DNA of 64,000 bases from the NCBI GenBank assembly GCA_963663765.2, contig CAXXUA010000003.1:192001-256000 (forward strand), given 5' to 3'. Source of the stretch: Candidatus Poribacteria bacterium (lineage in GTDB: Bacteria > Poribacteria > WGA-4E > WGA-3G). This document shows, in pieces, positions 49,344 through 60,078 of the stretch. How positions within the stretch are numbered: the first letter of the stretch is position 1; each line of letters starts with the position of its first letter. Position numbers and translations under genes: made by a program. Below the pieces are notes generated by a model. The model was not told the DNA's origin, made no database searches, and saw only the letters and a list, made by a program, of their open reading frames with translations.

Positions 49344-50399
49344 TCACTTACTTGTCAACCCATCAAAAAATACAACCAACTTGTCTTTAAGTTGCTGACG
49401 TGAACTGAGGGAATGTTGGGGCGGCGTGAAAACAGTACCACGTTCTCGTTGTACCCATCCTTTCATACTCCCCTTTGCGCGGATAAGCAGCCATTTGCTT
49501 TCAAGATCAACAAAAACTTTCAACCATCCGTTCTCATTTCGGATGATGTATTTTTGAGAACCGTCCACCACATTCCAACTATTATCTACCTCTATTGTCC
49601 TAAGTTTAGCATTTCGTGATAGCGGTATCTCCTGCAACGTGAAACTTTGCTTTATTTCTTCAGATATTGATCCTTCGTTCAATGCGTTCATAGATGTTAA
49701 ATCCACACTAAAAAGAGACATTACAATAGGATACTTAGATTGTTGAAATACATCCAGTTTTTTGGTGCCATTTCGAATTTCATAAGACTGCTGTGTTTTG
49801 TTGTCAGTAATCAACCACGATTTACCAATCTTTTCAATTGTAGATTGCAAATCTGTTGATAGTGTAATGCGTTTATTGTTAAATGCCTCACGTAAGTTTG
49901 GAAGATAGATATCAAGACTATCACCTGCCTTCTCAATCCTATAGGCAGCCCCAGTTCTATCGGAAAGAACCCAATCCTGACCGCTGATTAACACTTCCAG
50001 TTTATGTGCACCCGAACTAAAACTCACATTTACATCCGCATCAGCAAACATTTTTTGCCAGTTATATTTAGTCTTTAATTCTTTATCTATTAATTCGTCA
50101 CCGTAACGTGAACGCATACCTAACACAACACTAAACAATAATTTCTCTGATAACACACCATAGTTCAAGTTGCTAATATATTTTTGGTCTATACTGAAAA
50201 GATATACATCTTTGGTATAAAACTTCGGTTTTGAGTTGACCGTTGGTCTGCCACGCACTGATGTACGCGAACGCACCTGCAATTTCGGCGGTTCTGTCTC
50301 TGGAATTGGCGGTGCTTGAAAAATATAGACACAGAAGCAGGCACCTACAAAAACAAAAATGAGAAAAACTAAGCCAATGCTCTTAAATACTGATTTCAT
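49344..50399 (-). CDS. Hypothetical membrane-anchored protein
   Basis: N-terminal TM helix, internal repeats of W.(I/L).D....Y.I.N, C-terminal SH3-like WLLIR...KGWV. Confidence 0.6.
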   Translation of the reverse strand: MKSVFKSIGLVFLIFVFVGACFCVYIFQAPPIPETEPPKLQVRSRTSVRGRPTVNSKPKFYTKDVYLFSIDQKYISNLNYGVLSEKLLFSVVLGMRSRYGDELIDKELKTKYNWQKMFADADVNVSFSSGAHKLEVLISGQDWVLSDRTGAAYRIEKAGDSLDIYLPNLREAFNNKRITLSTDLQSTIEKIGKSWLITDNKTQQSYEIRNGTKKLDVFQQSKYPIVMSLFSVDLTSMNALNEGSISEEIKQSFTLQEIPLSRNAKLRTIEVDNSWNVVDGSQKYIIRNENGWLKVFVDLESKWLLIRAKGSMKGWVQRERGTVFTPPQHSLSSRQQLKDKLVVFFDGLTSK

Positions 50400-50502
50400 A
50401 ACAATATTTCACAAGAAAAAAAACAATTCCAATTTTAAGACAATCTCTGCTGTTTAATTATAATATTAAATCACAGGAATATGCAAGGAATATCTAAAGG
50501 GT

Positions 50503-51023
50503 TGGTGTGTAAAGTTTTTGCACAAACATCCCACTCTCCATTGTAGGACATGTCTCTGTGCCCCGCCGCAACTGATTAAATGAGAGATTGCGGACACAGA
50601 GCTCTAATGAGTTTTGACGTTCAAGTTGTGTATTCGTAGGGGCGTGGTTGCCACGCCCGATCTACGCAAACTTAAAAACCAAACGGGTTGGCCAACCCAA
50701 CCCCTACGAATTCAACTACCGAATTTGATTGTCAAACTTCATTAGGTATCAATATAAAGAAATATTGTTAATATTAACCATATTCTTCAGTCCCGTAGGG
50801 ACGATATGTTTATAGAAATACATATCCCCACGTCTTTTTAGTCCCGACAAATGCCATACGCGCATTTGGCGTTGATTTGGTAGGGACGATATGTTTATCC
50901 TTCTATGTCGTTCCTACGGAACTAAAGAGAGGGGATGTGATAACGTCTTTCTATAAACATTGCGTCCCTACGGGACTAAAGAGAACAAAAGTTAGTACCT
51001 CTGTGCAAAAACTTTACACACCA
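50503..51023. mobile_element. Composite MITE, copy 1 (GGTGTGTAAAGTTTTTGCACA TIRs) with nested element 50604-50745 and REP hairpins
   Basis: 22-bp perfect TIRs. Nested CTAATGAGTTTTGAC...GTCAAACTTCATTAG. About 270 bp are near-identical, in inverted orientation, to 60080-60350. Confidence 0.8.
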
Positions 51024-51189
51024 GATCCACAACACCGCTATTGTATCAAGTGAAACATTTATGGTAAAATATTGAAATGGTATACGTTTTTCTTGGGAAT
51101 GGAACTCAAAACCATCAACCTCTAATCTTGTAAATCTTATAATCTTGAAAATCCTGGTTCAGACAAATGACAAAATTCTAAACATTGAC

Positions 51190-52491
51190 ATGCATACACT
51201 AAACCCATTAGCAGCTGAATTAAATCAACAAATCCGCGACACTTCTCCAGAAGTTTACGCGCTTCTCTCCGATTTAGGTAAACAAATCTACCTACCAAGA
51301 GGCATCCTAAGTCAAAGTGCTGAGGCAAGCGAAAAAGCATCTCGTTATAATGCAACCCGCGCAGTAGCATTAGCAGAGAAACAAATAATGCATCTGGACG
51401 TTTCGCATCATTTCGTCCCTGAACTGACACCTGAAACCGTTTACAACTATCCACCAATACTCGGCAACACGAAACTACGCAACGCATGGCAAACACACAT
51501 CCAAAAAAACAACCCACTACTTGCAGAGACAACACTCTGCCTCCCGATTGTGACAAGTGGAATGACACACGGCTTCAGTCTACTTGCCGATCTATTTGTC
51601 AATCTCGGTGACACGCTTGTTCTACCAGATAAAACATGGGGAAATTACAAACTTATATTCCAAACAAAAGTAGGAGCAAATATCCAATCCTATCCATTCT
51701 TTGATAGTGGCAAATGTTTCAACATCAGTGGATTTAGTGATGCCCTTTCAAAACATACCGGGAACAAAATGCTAATTCTACTGAACTTTCCTCACAATCC
51801 GACTGGATACGCTATCACACATGCCGAAGCACAACAAATCAGGAATTCGCTGCTCATGTGTGCAAAAACCGGATGTCGTATCCTTGTGATGATTGATGAC
51901 GCTTATGCTGGCTTTTACTACGATGACGCAGTCATGCAAGAATCACTTTTCGGTATGTTAGTAGATAGTCACAAAAATATCATTGCAGTGAAAATAGATG
52001 GAGCAACAAAAGAAGAATACGCATGGGGTTTACGTGTAGGTTTTATGACTTTCGGGCTTGCAGAAAAGGTGATGAAAGGAATTGAGGAAAAGTTAAGCGG
52101 ACTCATCCGCGCAAATACCTCTGGCGCATCACAAATCTCTCAAACGCTAATACTTGAAGCAATGAATGCACCAGAATATACAGAACAAAAACAACAAAAC
52201 TATCAAATCCTTAAGAAAAGAGCATTGAAGGTAAAACAGGTTGCGACTGATAAAAAATATGCAAACCTGTGGGAAGTCTACCCAAACCATGCGGGTTACT
52301 TCACATGCCTATCCCTAAAATCAGGTAATGCTGAAGAAATCCGTAATATACTTCTTGACGAACACGGTATCGGCATAATCGCACTAAGTGAAAATGAATT
52401 ACGAATTGCATATTCCTGTCTCCAAGAATCCGAAATTGAAGACGTCTTCAAAAAAATCGCACAAGTTGCCAGAACTATTCAATTGTCGTAA
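51190..52491 (+). CDS. Aminotransferase class I/II
   Basis: LNFPHNPTGY, DDAY, KIDGATKEEYAWGLRVG (PLP lysine). Start may be upstream at 51145. Confidence 0.88.
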   Translation: MHTLNPLAAELNQQIRDTSPEVYALLSDLGKQIYLPRGILSQSAEASEKASRYNATRAVALAEKQIMHLDVSHHFVPELTPETVYNYPPILGNTKLRNAWQTHIQKNNPLLAETTLCLPIVTSGMTHGFSLLADLFVNLGDTLVLPDKTWGNYKLIFQTKVGANIQSYPFFDSGKCFNISGFSDALSKHTGNKMLILLNFPHNPTGYAITHAEAQQIRNSLLMCAKTGCRILVMIDDAYAGFYYDDAVMQESLFGMLVDSHKNIIAVKIDGATKEEYAWGLRVGFMTFGLAEKVMKGIEEKLSGLIRANTSGASQISQTLILEAMNAPEYTEQKQQNYQILKKRALKVKQVATDKKYANLWEVYPNHAGYFTCLSLKSGNAEEIRNILLDEHGIGIIALSENELRIAYSCLQESEIEDVFKKIAQVARTIQLS

Positions 52492-52553
52492 AGTGAAACA
52501 CGTAATGAATTAGTAAATTCAATACACAACATTACGCGCTTCACCAAAATGGA

Positions 52554-53141
52554 TTATTCCGTTAAGGTTATGACACCGCAACTAACTTGCGTGCCATCTG
52601 CTAAATCTCCAGATCCAATCTGTTCATGAATAACTAATACTTTACCGTTTATATCAGTTTCTGAATTGGTATCAAAAGTAAGGTCTACGAGATAACTACG
52701 GTTCCCGATCCCATTTACATCTGTTGTAAAAGAATAGGAATCAAAACCTTCAACATCCCAGATACTACCAGGAGTGTCGCAACTGTCCCCAGAATAGATA
52801 TATGCTGCGTACTTACGGTCAGGACCCGCATTCTGAATCTCAACATCAAAGTTCCGAATTATCGTGGATCCTATATCTTCAGTATCTGAATCTATATATT
52901 CCGTAAAAGTTGCTGTGCCAGTGATCCCACTTCCATTCTTTTCAGTGAGTGTTACTGTAATTGTCCTATTTTTAACAAGTATCGGTTCGGTAAATGCGTC
53001 GAGAAGTTCTGTTGTTGTCAAATTTTCGCAACCTGTGATGAAACATGCTGCGAGGATAAGAATAGTTAACATGCATAACTTATTATTTTTTAACGTAAAT
53101 ACGTTTGTTGCGTCAATAAAGGACGCTAAGTATTTGTACAT
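52554..53141 (-). CDS. Lipoprotein with Cu/Zn superoxide dismutase-like fold lacking most metal ligands
   Basis: Lipobox ITGC, GTATFTE, YAAYIY.GDSC, NGKVLVIH, QVSCGVI. Confidence 0.6.
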   Translation of the reverse strand: MYKYLASFIDATNVFTLKNNKLCMLTILILAACFITGCENLTTTELLDAFTEPILVKNRTITVTLTEKNGSGITGTATFTEYIDSDTEDIGSTIIRNFDVEIQNAGPDRKYAAYIYSGDSCDTPGSIWDVEGFDSYSFTTDVNGIGNRSYLVDLTFDTNSETDINGKVLVIHEQIGSGDLADGTQVSCGVITLTE

Positions 53142-53622
53142 TTTGAATATCCCCTTTCTTACGCCAGGATTTGGCGTGTTTGAATTAGTTTGTTTGCCAC
53201 TTAGATATCTTTATGGATTAAATAAAAGAGACATGCCTTTGAATGTGGTTCTCTAAATAAACGAATATCTGGTTAATGTCTGGTGCCCTATAAGTTTACG
53301 AACCGAAAAACATCAGGCATATCTCAAGTCCTCAAATAACGAGGACGCTCTTTGAATTGGACTTTTCATAAATCTAAAACGATTTGTTAACAATGTCAAA
53401 ACTTTAATTGACTTTTCCATAATATATAGGCGGAGGTTTCAAGTCTCCCCGCAAGACTTGAAACGTTATTTTGCTTTAGTTTCTTCTGTGGTGGATTCTT
53501 TCTCTACACGCTTCCACCTGTCGCGAGTCCTATGAGTCTTTGTTATATTTGGTTATATTTGTTGTAAAAGGTATGCAGCTTGTGGGTAAATACTGAATTC
53601 CAAAAACATGCTCAATGTTGAT

Positions 53623-56600
53623 TTATTGCTTGTTCAAATGCTTATATGATAAATCTCCAAGTCCGATAAGTTGTAATCCCCCGTTTTCAGTGCCGACATA
53701 AAGCGTTTGGCCAGCAACAGCGACAGAAGTAGCAGTGTCTGGAATTTCTGGTGTTATCCGTTCCCAAGTGTTATCTGCACTTGTTAATCGATAGACCCCA
53801 CCTTGCGTATTCTTTGAGGAACTCACAGCATATAAAGTCGTGTTATCCGTAGTAAAACGGTCGAATATCAGCTGTTGTCCATCTAAATCGGTGATAATGT
53901 TCCATTCCGTGCCATCATTTGAATGCAAAGCACCTTTGTCTGTTGCAATCAAAACGGCTTCGTCAGTGATGAATATCTGCTTGAAAGAGACAACAGATAT
54001 TGGTAGTAAGACAGTATTCCAATTGCGTCCTCTATCAACAGAGCATAGGAGAACTCCATCAGGTTTGCCCACGTAGACAGTATCACCAGAAACACCTAAC
54101 GTGAAACGATTTAATGAGGTTAAATTCGCAAGATCACGAGTATCTTTGATATTAGGATCATGCCAACCTGCTTCGTCATTTTCTCGGGAAAAGTGACGCA
54201 GTATTAGCAGCTTTCGTTGGTGTTCAACGAACAATGTGTTACCACTGATAGCAAATGTACCTAAGATATTTGCCCCCATCTTGAAGAATTTTGATTGCAA
54301 ATTACGAGTATTTTCTCCATCATTCTCTACAGATGTCTGGACTGCTTCCATAAATGTTGCTATAAGATTCGTTCCTCCAAGTGTAGGAACACCTTGAATT
54401 GGAATAAGCGTGTCATTTTGTGCGTCTAAACGGAAAAAGTTTGGTTGGAGTGCTATGAGTCCTTTCGCGTAAAGGTTTCCATCTGCTAATACTAACTGTT
54501 GTATTCTTGCAATACTCTGTATTCTTGATTTGTTCAGTGGCACCTTCTTGTTATAAAAAGTCATCGTCATATCATCTGAATTAACAGGAATTGCTTGCCA
54601 TGATTGTCCATTGTTGGTTGATGTCACAAGTTTCTTATTTGCTATTGCATAGATTTTATTATTAAAGGCGATTAGATTCTGTATTTTGCCACCCAATCCG
54701 GAATTAAATCTGTTCCATGTGTACCCATCATCAGTTGAACGGCGAATTCCGTTGCTATCGCCTGTGTAAAATTGATGGTTCATACTTGTAGATTGATCCT
54801 GATTAGCGGTTCCACTAGGACTTTTTACATTCAAAGCAGCAATAACACGTTGACCTGAAGGGTGGACTAAACGTGCGGCTTCATCAACAGGCATCCATGT
54901 GTTTCCTTCATCAGTTGACCGTAAAGTGTCTTGTCCGATTAACAACACCGTTTTTCCTGCAGCAGCAATCGTCAGTGTTGCACTACGCTGATTTTTTTCA
55001 AAACCATTTTTCGGTGTTATATCTGTCCACGAATAGCCTTTATCTATTGACCTAAAGACTGTCCATAACGGTTGTCCACTTAGTACTGTCTTTAGTGTTT
55101 CCATAATACTTATATCGGAGAGAATTCTAAGTCGTCCTGCTACAATATAAATACGGTGTCCTACCACTGCAATTGCGTGAATGGATTGGGATTCTGCTAC
55201 CGGTAATTGTTCCCAAACACCTGATTTATCAGGACTCTCTTCAAAATAAGGTTTCATGTTGATGCGGAAGAGTCCTTTATCAGTACCAGCAAATAGTACC
55301 TTTTCTGCGGAAGTTATCGTATATATTCTTCTGTCTGCCAAACCTTTGTTTAGCGATGACCAAGAAACACATCTGTCATCAGAGTAAAATATGCCTTGAA
55401 GGAGAGCGAGATAAATCGCAATGGAGTCTGCTGTGTTATCCTTTACGACTACACCAATGGCATGTCCTTTCGGATAAGTACCGAGTGGTGTCCAAGTTTT
55501 GCCTTTGTCTTCCGATGCGAGTATTTCATCATCAGTTACAATATAAAGGGTGTCATTGTGCTCTACCATCGGTGTTGTGTCCTCCGAGGTTGGGAGACTA
55601 TTATTAATTAAATCCCACTTTTGGTTTTCATCTGTCATTCGATACAACCCTATTTGAGTCAATGCATAAAGATCATTTGATTTAGTGGCAAATAGTGTAG
55701 GCACTTTTACAGACTCAGGACTGTCAAACTGAGTCCACCATTCCGTTGAGAGTTGCTCCGCTGTTTCAATGGTCTGGAAAATATTGGTAAGGTTTACGTT
55801 TTGAGAGGTATCCGTTTTCTCGCCAATTCCTTGATTGTTACTGGGAATATCAGTGTTCCCAAGTTGATTACGCTGTTCAGGTTTTATTTCCTGTTCAATA
55901 TTGGTAGGAGTTTCAACGATTTCGACCATTAACACTGATTCGGAATCAAGATCATAAGGTAGAAAAGAAAGAGAAAGGTGTTGTATTCCAATACCTATTA
56001 AAAAAAGAACTAAAATAGCAGAGGCAGCAGAAAGGACCCACGGCAATAAAGGTTTGCTGCCTGAAGGAACAACAGGATTGGTGCGTGATATTTCCTTCAT
56101 TATGTTCTCTGTCAATTGTGTTGGGAGTTGGAAGCTGCTAAGATTCTCTCTAATTGTCGCTTCTTCCTTCTTTAGGCGGTTGCGAGCGCGATTCAGTCGA
56201 CTTTTTACCGTATTCAAAGATACACCGATCATCTTACTAATCGTTTCACAGGTCATTTCTCCGAGATAATGGAGTGTCATGACCGTGCGTTCACTCTCAG
56301 GTAGTTTTTGGAGTAGTTTTTGGACAACTTCACGTAAGGTCTCAGTCGTTTCAATGTCGCGCTTTTCTACCATATACTGTGAATGTGACACTTGATCAAT
56401 CTCCGTTATATCTGTCGTTTCTATTGATTGTATTGGAAGCCGTTTCTTTCGGTACCAGTCAGTACATAGGTTAGACGCAATCACATATATCCAACCTGGA
56501 AACAAGTTGTGGTCTTTCAAAGTTCTAAGTCTTTCATAAGCTCTGAGAAAGGCATCTTGGGTAATTTCCTGTGCTATGTGAAAATCTCCAATTTTACGCC

Positions 56601-56706
56601 ATGCAAGCGCGTGAATCCCTTTTTGGTATTTTTCAACGAGCTCTGTAAATGCTGTTTGATCACCGTCTAATGTCCGCTGAATCAATTCAGAATCGTTATT
56701 ATGCAT
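53623..56706 (-). CDS. ECF sigma-70 factor fused to a TM helix and an Asp-box/BNR beta-propeller
   Basis: Sigma2 (AQEITQDAFLRAY...FPGW), sigma4 (LPESERTV...TVKSRLNRAR), TM segment, repeated S.D.G.TW motifs. Confidence 0.85.
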   Translation of the reverse strand: MHNNDSELIQRTLDGDQTAFTELVEKYQKGIHALAWRKIGDFHIAQEITQDAFLRAYERLRTLKDHNLFPGWIYVIASNLCTDWYRKKRLPIQSIETTDITEIDQVSHSQYMVEKRDIETTETLREVVQKLLQKLPESERTVMTLHYLGEMTCETISKMIGVSLNTVKSRLNRARNRLKKEEATIRENLSSFQLPTQLTENIMKEISRTNPVVPSGSKPLLPWVLSAASAILVLFLIGIGIQHLSLSFLPYDLDSESVLMVEIVETPTNIEQEIKPEQRNQLGNTDIPSNNQGIGEKTDTSQNVNLTNIFQTIETAEQLSTEWWTQFDSPESVKVPTLFATKSNDLYALTQIGLYRMTDENQKWDLINNSLPTSEDTTPMVEHNDTLYIVTDDEILASEDKGKTWTPLGTYPKGHAIGVVVKDNTADSIAIYLALLQGIFYSDDRCVSWSSLNKGLADRRIYTITSAEKVLFAGTDKGLFRINMKPYFEESPDKSGVWEQLPVAESQSIHAIAVVGHRIYIVAGRLRILSDISIMETLKTVLSGQPLWTVFRSIDKGYSWTDITPKNGFEKNQRSATLTIAAAGKTVLLIGQDTLRSTDEGNTWMPVDEAARLVHPSGQRVIAALNVKSPSGTANQDQSTSMNHQFYTGDSNGIRRSTDDGYTWNRFNSGLGGKIQNLIAFNNKIYAIANKKLVTSTNNGQSWQAIPVNSDDMTMTFYNKKVPLNKSRIQSIARIQQLVLADGNLYAKGLIALQPNFFRLDAQNDTLIPIQGVPTLGGTNLIATFMEAVQTSVENDGENTRNLQSKFFKMGANILGTFAISGNTLFVEHQRKLLILRHFSRENDEAGWHDPNIKDTRDLANLTSLNRFTLGVSGDTVYVGKPDGVLLCSVDRGRNWNTVLLPISVVSFKQIFITDEAVLIATDKGALHSNDGTEWNIITDLDGQQLIFDRFTTDNTTLYAVSSSKNTQGGVYRLTSADNTWERITPEIPDTATSVAVAGQTLYVGTENGGLQLIGLGDLSYKHLNKQ

Positions 56707-57165
56707 AAAATTTTCTCCAGAGTAGTACCACTACTTAACTTAAGTGACGAGATTAAAAATTAAAAAGGTTGCATTTTTTTAGAAAATAAACAGACTGCAC
56801 ACTTATGGAGTTGATTCATACACTTTCAACCTGCCAATCTTCTCCATTCCGAAAATAACGCCATACTTATGGGAAATCCTAATAAACAAACAGCAGAAAA
56901 CATCACATATCACATAACTATGATGTATAATATATCCCATGAAACACCAAACCAACATTCTACCATATATAAAAAGCCTAACGAAAAAAACCTCAAAAAA
57001 AGGTTAAATACGGGTAAATACGGGAGTCTGATTCTATAAACAGAGAAATTGTATATGAATCTAACTCGTATTCAGAATGTACCCAACTTCGTATTTAAGA
57101 CGTTAAAGTTAAGTAGTAAGTCTCACCTTAAAAATGTACACCCGAAAATAGATGGAGTTTATAAA

Positions 57166-59112
57166 ATGAAATTGAAAACTCTCGGCCTTATCAGTATTGT
57201 AGTCTTTATTTTAGGAAATATAGTGGTTGCAGAAGGATCATCCGGCATAGACAAACGAAATATCTTTGTCGGTGCAAGCGCACGAGCCGTCGGTATGGGA
57301 AGCGCATTTACCGCTGGACCCTCAGCAAATAACGGCTTTCTCTGGAATCCCTCCTCACTTGGGTTCATGAACGGATTGGAAGTGAACATGGGCGGTATTC
57401 CGTTTTCAGGTGATTCTTCAGGACCTGATCAGGCATTCTCATTAGCAGCAAGTCCAAACAGTCTCGGTATAATCAACAGAAATATCGGCAGTCTCTCTTT
57501 TGCATCTTGGTTCAATGGATGGAATAATAGCAATGACGAATCTACTCAGATTGTGCTCTTAGGATACGGTATCGCACTCGGAAAACATGCCTCCGCAGGT
57601 GCAAACTTACGATACTATCAAAACAACAAACCAACCAGAACCAACTATCTTTGGAGCGTTGATATCGGAATGCAGGCGACCTATCCACTTAAAAGGTTCG
57701 GGGATTCGGTCACATTGGGAATAAATCTATCGGAGTTAAGCAACGGAATACGCGATGCAGAAGGTGCGTTGATTAAACCTTTAGATGAAAGTATGCCGTT
57801 AACAACACGCTTCGGTTTGACATATCGTCCAGACAGTTCAACGCTATTATCCGCTGATATGGCTATCCGAGGAAAAAATGATGCGAGTTGGGGAGAAAGG
57901 TTACGCGTACATTTCGGTGTAGAACGATGGTTATTCCGAAAACACTTAGGTCTTCGCGTCGGATATACTGCACTTACTGCCTCTGAAAGATTTAGTGCAG
58001 GTCAATGGACACAAGGAATTAGCTTTCAGAACGCTACAGGACAGTTGGATTACGCCCATGTCAAAGGCGGCGATTTAGATCAAAGTCTACATTGGATTTC
58101 GGCGACTTTACGGTGGGGTGGGAAAAAGAAAGACTCCGCACATACTGAGAAAAAACCTTCTGTTACAGAGGTAAAGCACCAAGATGTTTCTAATACAAAC
58201 ACAACACCACCAATACTGATGCCAAAAACGCTGGATACGGAGACTGAAAATGTCGTTTCTTCTAGGGAATTACAACTTTCCGAAACAGCAATTTCTCCCA
58301 ACAGTGACGGCAATGCGGATACAACTACAATCCGCTTTCAAGTTAAAACAAATGAAAAATGGAAATTGACGCTCCACGATGCATATACAGAACAGGTCTG
58401 GGAAAAATCTGGGACAGGATCACCAACAGAAGGTGTTGTCTGGGATGGAAAAGGAAATGCCGATAAGGTGGTAACAGATGGAGATTATGTCGCACAATTG
58501 TATATCATAGACGAAAAAGGTACACCACATCTCAGAAGTAGTCAAAAAATCACTGTTGATCTGATTCCAGCAACATTAGAAATCTCTAAAAAATCAGACA
58601 CAAGTGTAGCAGTAAAAACTTGGGACATCAATTCCATTGCTGCTTGGAAACTGGAGATCTACGACGCGGCAAATAAACTGGTTGAAAAGAGTGAAGGAAA
58701 AGGTTCACCACCAGAAAACATCGTCCTGACGAAAATCCCGCAGTTGACATCAAAATCCTACAAATTTACCATAAGTGTTAGAGATATTGCAGGAAATCAG
58801 ACCGTTCAACAGGCACAATTACTGTTCGGTAGTGGACAACAAACCGTTAGTGGAACTGATACCACTGATAAACCCAAGTTAGTCCTTATGGTCGGATCAT
58901 TTACTGAGAGACGCAATGCGAACATGTTGGCTGATAACCTAAAACGCTTATATCCGAATGAGCAGGTAAAAATATACACGGTTTCAGTGAACGGGACAAC
59001 AATGCACCGGGTGACAATCGGGGAATTCACAGAACGATCAGAAGCGGCAGGACTCAAACAGCAAATTCAGGAGTCGCAAGGTGTTGAACCAATTTTGATT
59101 ACACCTCAATAG
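57166..59112 (+). CDS. PorV/PorQ-like outer-membrane barrel + FlgD-Ig-like domain + SPOR domain protein
   Basis: GASARAVGMGSAF...WNPSSL, ISPNSDGNAD...WDGK...DGDY, C-terminal VGSFTERRNA...HRVTIGEF. Confidence 0.7.
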   Translation: MKLKTLGLISIVVFILGNIVVAEGSSGIDKRNIFVGASARAVGMGSAFTAGPSANNGFLWNPSSLGFMNGLEVNMGGIPFSGDSSGPDQAFSLAASPNSLGIINRNIGSLSFASWFNGWNNSNDESTQIVLLGYGIALGKHASAGANLRYYQNNKPTRTNYLWSVDIGMQATYPLKRFGDSVTLGINLSELSNGIRDAEGALIKPLDESMPLTTRFGLTYRPDSSTLLSADMAIRGKNDASWGERLRVHFGVERWLFRKHLGLRVGYTALTASERFSAGQWTQGISFQNATGQLDYAHVKGGDLDQSLHWISATLRWGGKKKDSAHTEKKPSVTEVKHQDVSNTNTTPPILMPKTLDTETENVVSSRELQLSETAISPNSDGNADTTTIRFQVKTNEKWKLTLHDAYTEQVWEKSGTGSPTEGVVWDGKGNADKVVTDGDYVAQLYIIDEKGTPHLRSSQKITVDLIPATLEISKKSDTSVAVKTWDINSIAAWKLEIYDAANKLVEKSEGKGSPPENIVLTKIPQLTSKSYKFTISVRDIAGNQTVQQAQLLFGSGQQTVSGTDTTDKPKLVLMVGSFTERRNANMLADNLKRLYPNEQVKIYTVSVNGTTMHRVTIGEFTERSEAAGLKQQIQESQGVEPILITPQ

Positions 59113-59145
59113 ATGTCGCACCTTGATGATAGAGCTAACACGTTC

Positions 59146-59985
59146 TCACATTTTGTAGAAATCTAAACCGTTCTGGTACAAGAATTGGTTTTTCTCTGCA
59201 TCAGTTGCATCGTCAATAACCGAGAGTAATGCCTCAAACCACTGACAATATTTGGCAGCTAAGGTGCAGACAGGCCAATCGCTACCAAACATAAGGCGAT
59301 CATAACCAAAGACTTCTACAAGATGTAGAATGTAAGGCTTTAGTTCCTCTGCGGTCCACTCTTCACTGGCAGTTGTAACAATACCCGATACCTTACAGTA
59401 TACATTGTCAAACGTGGCGAGTTTACGCATGTAGGTTGCCCACGGTTCAAACGTTCCATCTTTTATATTCGGTCCGCCACAGTGGTTGACTGCATGACGA
59501 ACCTCAGGGGTCGCTTTCACCAATTCCACTGCAGCAGGAAGTTGATCGTCTTTCGCACAGAGATCGAAAGAGAGATTGTATTTCGTTAATAATTTCACAC
59601 CGTTTATAAGTTCGGGAGTAGCGTAAAACTGGTTGTCCGTGCGGTGCCATGCCATCCTACGAATACCCACAATGAGATCAAACCCCGCAAGTTTTTCCAG
59701 GACAACCTCAACGTTGGGCTTCTCCAGTGGTGCTGCGGCGACAATTGCACCGATCATTCCATCTGTTTCAGCAATATTTGTTAGCCATTCCACTTCTTGC
59801 ACAACATACGTCTCGGCAGGATCACCTTCCACGTGAACAGATTTGACGACATTTATGTCCCCGACAGCATCACGGTAATTCTGCGGTGTATATTTCTGTT
59901 GAAGTAGATCAAATCCCTCTAACCACGGATAGTCTAAAATAGAAGTATCCCACAGATGTTGGTGCGTATCAATTATTTTTTGCAT
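59146..59985 (-). CDS. Amidohydrolase family 2 (L-fuconolactonase-like)
   Basis: IDTHQHLW, NHCGGP, CKVSG, MFGSDWPV. AGGAGG RBS. Confidence 0.88.
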   Translation of the reverse strand: MQKIIDTHQHLWDTSILDYPWLEGFDLLQQKYTPQNYRDAVGDINVVKSVHVEGDPAETYVVQEVEWLTNIAETDGMIGAIVAAAPLEKPNVEVVLEKLAGFDLIVGIRRMAWHRTDNQFYATPELINGVKLLTKYNLSFDLCAKDDQLPAAVELVKATPEVRHAVNHCGGPNIKDGTFEPWATYMRKLATFDNVYCKVSGIVTTASEEWTAEELKPYILHLVEVFGYDRLMFGSDWPVCTLAAKYCQWFEALLSVIDDATDAEKNQFLYQNGLDFYKM

Positions 59986-60078
59986 GTGCCTCCTTTTTAA
60001 CTGGCAAAAAGACCTATTCACTTGATCATATAGTAACTTACAATATTGGACATCAGAAAAATAAAATCACTAAACAAA

